Source: Candidatus Nanohaloarchaea archaeon
GTDB lineage: Archaea; Nanohalarchaeota; Nanosalinia; Nanosalinales; Nanosalinaceae
Reading direction: 5' to 3'
Assembly (NCBI GenBank): GCA_042217695.1
Contig: JBDGSE010000009.1
Span: 1 to 28,809 of the forward strand
Length of the DNA: 28,809 nucleotides
The translations under genes and the position numbers were made by a program. Each line of letters starts with the position of its first letter. Within the stretch, counting starts at the first letter, position 1. Under the pieces are notes generated by a model. That model saw only the letters and a program-made list of their open reading frames with translations. It was not told where the DNA came from and searched no databases. This document shows, in pieces, positions 25,404 to 28,809 of this stretch.

Positions 25404-27574
25404 GCTCTCCGGCAGTGGTCTATCAGCGATCGGTAGGTCTCGTGCTGGAGGGTCGAGGAGTCTCCTATCACCACCAGTTTTCGTTTGGCCCGGGTCAACG
25501 CCACGTTTAGACGCCTTACGTCTTTCAGGAAGCCGATGTCGTTCTGCTCGTTGCTGCGGACCAGGGATATGATAACGGCCTCTTTCTCCCGGCCCTGGAA
25601 ACCGTCCACTGTGTCGACTTCGAGGTCCTCTCTGCCAAGTTTCCTGTCTATCAGGTCGACCTGGTCCTCGTAGGGCGATATCACCGCCACCTGTCCCTCT
25701 TCAAGGCCGCCCTCTATCAGTCTTTCTGCCAGTTCAGCGGCTTTATCGGCCTCGAACGGGTTCTCTCTGGATGTGGAGTCGGCGCGCTGTCTTTCACCGG
25801 CGTCTTCTCCCGCGGTGTCAATGAATACCACGGGCTCCTGAGGGTCCAGCGCCCCGTCGCCCTCGAACCCGAGGTCTTTCAGTGTATGGTCTGCCACGAG
25901 TTCGTCGGCCTCCAGTTTCCCGTCGTAGAAATGGCTGGAGGAGAACTCCATGATCTTCTGGTGCATGCGGTACTGCGTCTTCAGCATGTCCTTCACCCCG
26001 GGATGCCGGGAGGCCATCTTCTCGAAGAGACTGTTCTCCAGTTCGCTGGCCTCCTCGCTTTTCACTGTAGGAGGTAGCTGGCGGTGGTCTCCAGCCATCA
26101 CCAGTTTCTCGCCCCGTGTAAGAGGTATCATGCAGGATGGTTCTGTGGCCTGGGTGGCCTCGTCTATCACCACGGTATCGAATTCGCGGCCCTCCATCAG
26201 GCCGGAGCCAGATGTGGAGTTGGTGCTGCATACCACGTCGGCGCTGTCTATAACCTCTGCCACGGCCTCGTCCTCCAGCTCTTCTGCTTTCTCGAACTTC
26301 GAGTCGATCTCCTCCTGCAGTTCAAGCCACTCGGCCATCTCCTCTATCCTGTCTGCAGGGACTCCTCTCGAGCCTTTTCCTTTCTCTGCCAGCTCCTTTA
26401 TCTGTTCGTCGGACATGCCCCGCCGGTACCTGCCGGAGGGGTGGGTGAGGTCTTCCTGCTGGTCTTTCAGGTCGAAGGCCTCGTCCCGCAGTTCCTGGGA
26501 GCGCTGGTACTTCTCTCTGTCCTCGATGAGGCTGTCAAGCGTGTGGTCTCTGAGTGCAGGGGTCACTCTGGCCGGGTGTCCCACGCGGACCGCGTCCACA
26601 TCCTGCTCAAGCAGGAACTCCAGGAGGTTGTCGACTGCAGTGTTGGAGTCGGCGGTGGCAAGGACGTCCCTGCCCCGTTTCACCTCCTGTTCTATCACCT
26701 CTATCAGGGTGGTGGTCTTCCCTGTTCCGGGCGGGCCATGGATCAGGTGGAGGTCGTCTGCTCCCACCGCTTTTTCCACAGCCGCTCTCTGGGAGGGGTT
26801 CAGAGAGGTGTTGTTCCATTCCTCTATGTCCTCGGGGGAGGGTTCTCCCGGCTCTTCCAGGCCGATTATGATGTCACGGAGCTCCTGCAGTCGGCCCTCT
26901 GCTTCGGGAAGGCTCTCCAGTGCATCTATCATCCGCTGGTAAGTTATATCGTTGACGTAGAGATCCATTCTCAGGTCTTTGCTGTAGACGAAGTCGGCCG
27001 GTTTCTGGTCGAACGAGACAGTTATCGAGTAGTTTGTCCTCTCCACCACGGTGCCGGTGGGGTTGTCGTCACGCAGCGGGTCTTTCTTGGAGATCATCAC
27101 GAGGTCTCCAACGGATATCTCTGTCTCAGGTAGTTCCTCGCCTTTCCGGTTTCTCATGAACTTTACGCGGTGGCCGCCAAGTCCTTCGCCCTGGTCGCGG
27201 CCACGGAGATGCAGTATGGCTCTCCCGTTGTCCTCTCTTTCCCGGCCGGAAAGTTTCTTGATGCTTTCCTCGTGTTGACGCATCTCCTCCTCTCTTTCCA
27301 GCTCTACAAGTTCTCTGTAACGGGAGATGTAATCATGCAGTTCGTCTGCAGTATCTTCGTCTATCACAGCTGCGGATACCTCTGAATGCCCGATTCTGGA
27401 GCCATCGAGTTCTCTGGCCAGTTCGTCGGCGTTTTCCGTCTCTATGATGGCTCTACCGGAGTTGATGTCGATGTCTCCGAGGGCGTCCGGGCTTACATCC
27501 GTTTCTCCTGCTACGGCCCCGACTATGTCTCCAGGGCCTTCGTCTTTTAACCCAGATATAACGAGTCTTGACAT
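25400..27574 (-). CDS. Upf1/IGHMBP2-like SF1B helicase with N-terminal DbpA-like RNA-binding domain
   Basis: LNPSQ, GPPGTGKT, DEATQ, GDHRQLPP, QYRM, TVDGFQGREKE, NVALTRAK; N-terminal PGDIVGAVAGE...LGDIDI. Confidence 0.93.
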   Translation of the reverse strand: MSRLVISGLKDEGPGDIVGAVAGETDVSPDALGDIDINSGRAIIETENADELARELDGSRIGHSEVSAAVIDEDTADELHDYISRYRELVELEREEEMRQHEESIKKLSGREREDNGRAILHLRGRDQGEGLGGHRVKFMRNRKGEELPETEISVGDLVMISKKDPLRDDNPTGTVVERTNYSITVSFDQKPADFVYSKDLRMDLYVNDITYQRMIDALESLPEAEGRLQELRDIIIGLEEPGEPSPEDIEEWNNTSLNPSQRAAVEKAVGADDLHLIHGPPGTGKTTTLIEVIEQEVKRGRDVLATADSNTAVDNLLEFLLEQDVDAVRVGHPARVTPALRDHTLDSLIEDREKYQRSQELRDEAFDLKDQQEDLTHPSGRYRRGMSDEQIKELAEKGKGSRGVPADRIEEMAEWLELQEEIDSKFEKAEELEDEAVAEVIDSADVVCSTNSTSGSGLMEGREFDTVVIDEATQATEPSCMIPLTRGEKLVMAGDHRQLPPTVKSEEASELENSLFEKMASRHPGVKDMLKTQYRMHQKIMEFSSSHFYDGKLEADELVADHTLKDLGFEGDGALDPQEPVVFIDTAGEDAGERQRADSTSRENPFEADKAAELAERLIEGGLEEGQVAVISPYEDQVDLIDRKLGREDLEVDTVDGFQGREKEAVIISLVRSNEQNDIGFLKDVRRLNVALTRAKRKLVVIGDSSTLQHETYRSLIDHCRRA

Positions 27575-27611
27575 CAGGACTGACTAGAATGCTTAAATCT
27601 TAAAATACCTG

Positions 27612-28154
27612 TCACGACCCGTGGTAGGCGTTCTCCGGCTCCCAGCCCGGTTCGAACTCGTAGTCCTGGCCTGACTCCTTGATGGCGTCCACGTGTTCAG
27701 ACAGTGCCTCCTTCGCACATTCTGGCACCAGGTAGCGCCATTCCTCTCCGCCCCGGATCCTCCGACGTATCTCGGTCCCAGAGTACATCTCCGGCTCCTC
27801 GAGTTCCTGTTCCACAAGTTCGACCTCTTCTCGCTCTTCCACTATCTCTCTCACCAGTTCGTTCCGGGAGATTATGACCTCTGCTCCGGTCTTCTCCAGG
27901 ACTTCGTCCATCCATCTCTGGTTTCCTTCCCTGTCTTTCTCGTAGTCCTGCTGCGGCACGATGTTCGTCTCCGGGAAACACTCGTGGATGAGTTCCTTTC
28001 TCTCCTCGAAGCTCAGCGGGTTTTCCTCTGTCCTTGACTCGGAGGCGCTCCCCACCACTATCACGAGTTCGTACTCCTCCCGATACTGTTCGATGACCTG
28101 CGCATGTCCAATGTGGAAAGGTTGAAAACGGCCGATGAACGCTGCTACTGGAAT
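27612..28154 (-). CDS. Nicotinamide-nucleotide adenylyltransferase (NadM-like); probable ATT start
   Basis: In-frame extension upstream of the tracked ORF gives PVAAFIGRFQPFHIGH (HIGH motif); also VGSA, NPLSFEER, SRNELV, YSGTEIR, W..LVP. Confidence 0.9.
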   Translation of the reverse strand: MPVAAFIGRFQPFHIGHAQVIEQYREEYELVIVVGSASESRTEENPLSFEERKELIHECFPETNIVPQQDYEKDREGNQRWMDEVLEKTGAEVIISRNELVREIVEEREEVELVEQELEEPEMYSGTEIRRRIRGGEEWRYLVPECAKEALSEHVDAIKESGQDYEFEPGWEPENAYHGS

Positions 28155-28759
28155 ATTTCGTCACCTGCCTCGATGACGTCCGAGCGTTTTAATCCGGGTA
28201 ATTTTTCCAGTTCGTGTTGTTCGAGAAGTTTTTCTCCTATCGCATAGGCCAGGGAGTAGCCCAGCCATTCGTGATATTCCTTGGAACGGAAGACAGGTTC
28301 CTCTTCTATCCCGGAGGACATCTTCGGTCTGAGTTCGCTCCATCTCCCGGCGAGTTCTTCCTGGCTGAAGTAGGTTCGCCACGGAGCTTTCCCGTCGTAT
28401 ATCTGTTCGGCGAAGTGCTGGGAGTGGGCCTCGAACAGTATGTACTGCCAGTTGAAAGCTATTTCCTCCCTCGACTCGAAGAAAACCGAGTGCGCGTACT
28501 CGTGGGAGACCTGCGTCTTCAGCGCGTCACGCCAGCCATCGATCCCGGAGTTGAACTCTATCTGGATGTAATCCTCCGAGTGAGTGTAGCCGTGCACGCC
28601 GTTAAGGTTCTCCAGTACGAAAGAGTTCTCGGTCCATCCCAGGCCAAGTTTGACGTTGTTTTCCTTCGGCTTCACGGCCTCACAGGTCTTCAGTGCGTTG
28701 TCAGCTATCCGCCGGGCTTCTTCAAGTTCGTTGCTGTCGGGTCTTATAGCGTGGCTCAT
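28145..28759 (-). CDS. Putative Zn-dependent protease (HExxH, DUF2268-like)
   Basis: GVHGYT, SHEYAHS, downstream FEAHSQHF, WLGYSLAY..G; start set at ATG 28759 through an ATGA overlap with the upstream stop. Confidence 0.8.
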   Translation of the reverse strand: MSHAIRPDSNELEEARRIADNALKTCEAVKPKENNVKLGLGWTENSFVLENLNGVHGYTHSEDYIQIEFNSGIDGWRDALKTQVSHEYAHSVFFESREEIAFNWQYILFEAHSQHFAEQIYDGKAPWRTYFSQEELAGRWSELRPKMSSGIEEEPVFRSKEYHEWLGYSLAYAIGEKLLEQHELEKLPGLKRSDVIEAGDEIFQ

Positions 28760-28809
28760 TCCTTCCACTTTATGCTGCATCCCTGCGCGGGTTTTGATTC
28801 TTCCGGTGG
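28756..28809 (-). CDS. 3' end of a thioredoxin/peroxiredoxin-like family protein (partial)
   Basis: Minus strand reads PPEESKPAQGCSIKWKE*; GCSIKWK is a typical C-terminus of a group of AhpC/TSA-like thioredoxin-fold proteins. Confidence 0.75.
   Translation of the reverse strand, partial: PPEESKPAQGCSIKWKE

Noticed and set aside
25950..27133. 330-aa and 349-aa plus-strand ORFs
   Set aside because: Antisense shadows of the helicase; the Ser-rich or Leu-rich composition follows from Glu/Asp codon bias on the coding strand.
27697..28164. 155-aa ORF from GTG 28164 as a frameshifted start for the adenylyltransferase
   Set aside because: No slippery site is visible, and that GTG is part of the SD-like AGGTGA; ATT initiation is simpler. 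An indel error is not fully excluded.
1..28809. CRISPR arrays, IS elements, integrases, rRNA/tRNA genes, defence systems
   Set aside because: No periodic repeats, transposase or integrase motifs, or RNA gene signatures were seen; nearly all sequence is explained by housekeeping CDSs.

Overview
Gene-dense archaeal chromosome segment with strongly acidic proteins. Archaeal-type LeuRS, TrmY, TpiA, class II GAPDH, an ADP-dependent sugar kinase and very compact packing point to a halophilic DPANN organism, most likely a nanohaloarchaeon (inference). Left part: ftsZ, slyD-type FKBP, two hypotheticals, leuS, trmY and two tandem minD paralogs. About 7.9-24.5 kb: an alpha-glucan/glycolysis supercluster with a HIT protein, phosphohexomutase, ADP-GK/PFK, tpiA, debranching enzyme, GT3 glycogen synthase, pgi, three GT4-related genes, GH13, GH57 and gap. 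Right part: nnrD, a Upf1/IGHMBP2-like helicase with an N-terminal DbpA-like RNA-binding domain, an NMN adenylyltransferase, a HExxH protein and the end of a thioredoxin-like gene. No tRNA, rRNA, CRISPR or mobile element was seen. Best leads: (1) a 15-codon uORF ending L-H-L-S-L upstream of leuS, carrying a complement of the leuS SD inside its Leu codons (candidate leucine-sensing leader peptide); (2) two genes whose conserved N-termini lack ATG/GTG/TTG and appear to start at ATC and ATT behind SD motifs; (3) a half-GT4 paralog; (4) a HxHxQ HIT enzyme coupled to pgm; (5) the DbpA-domain/SF1 helicase fusion.
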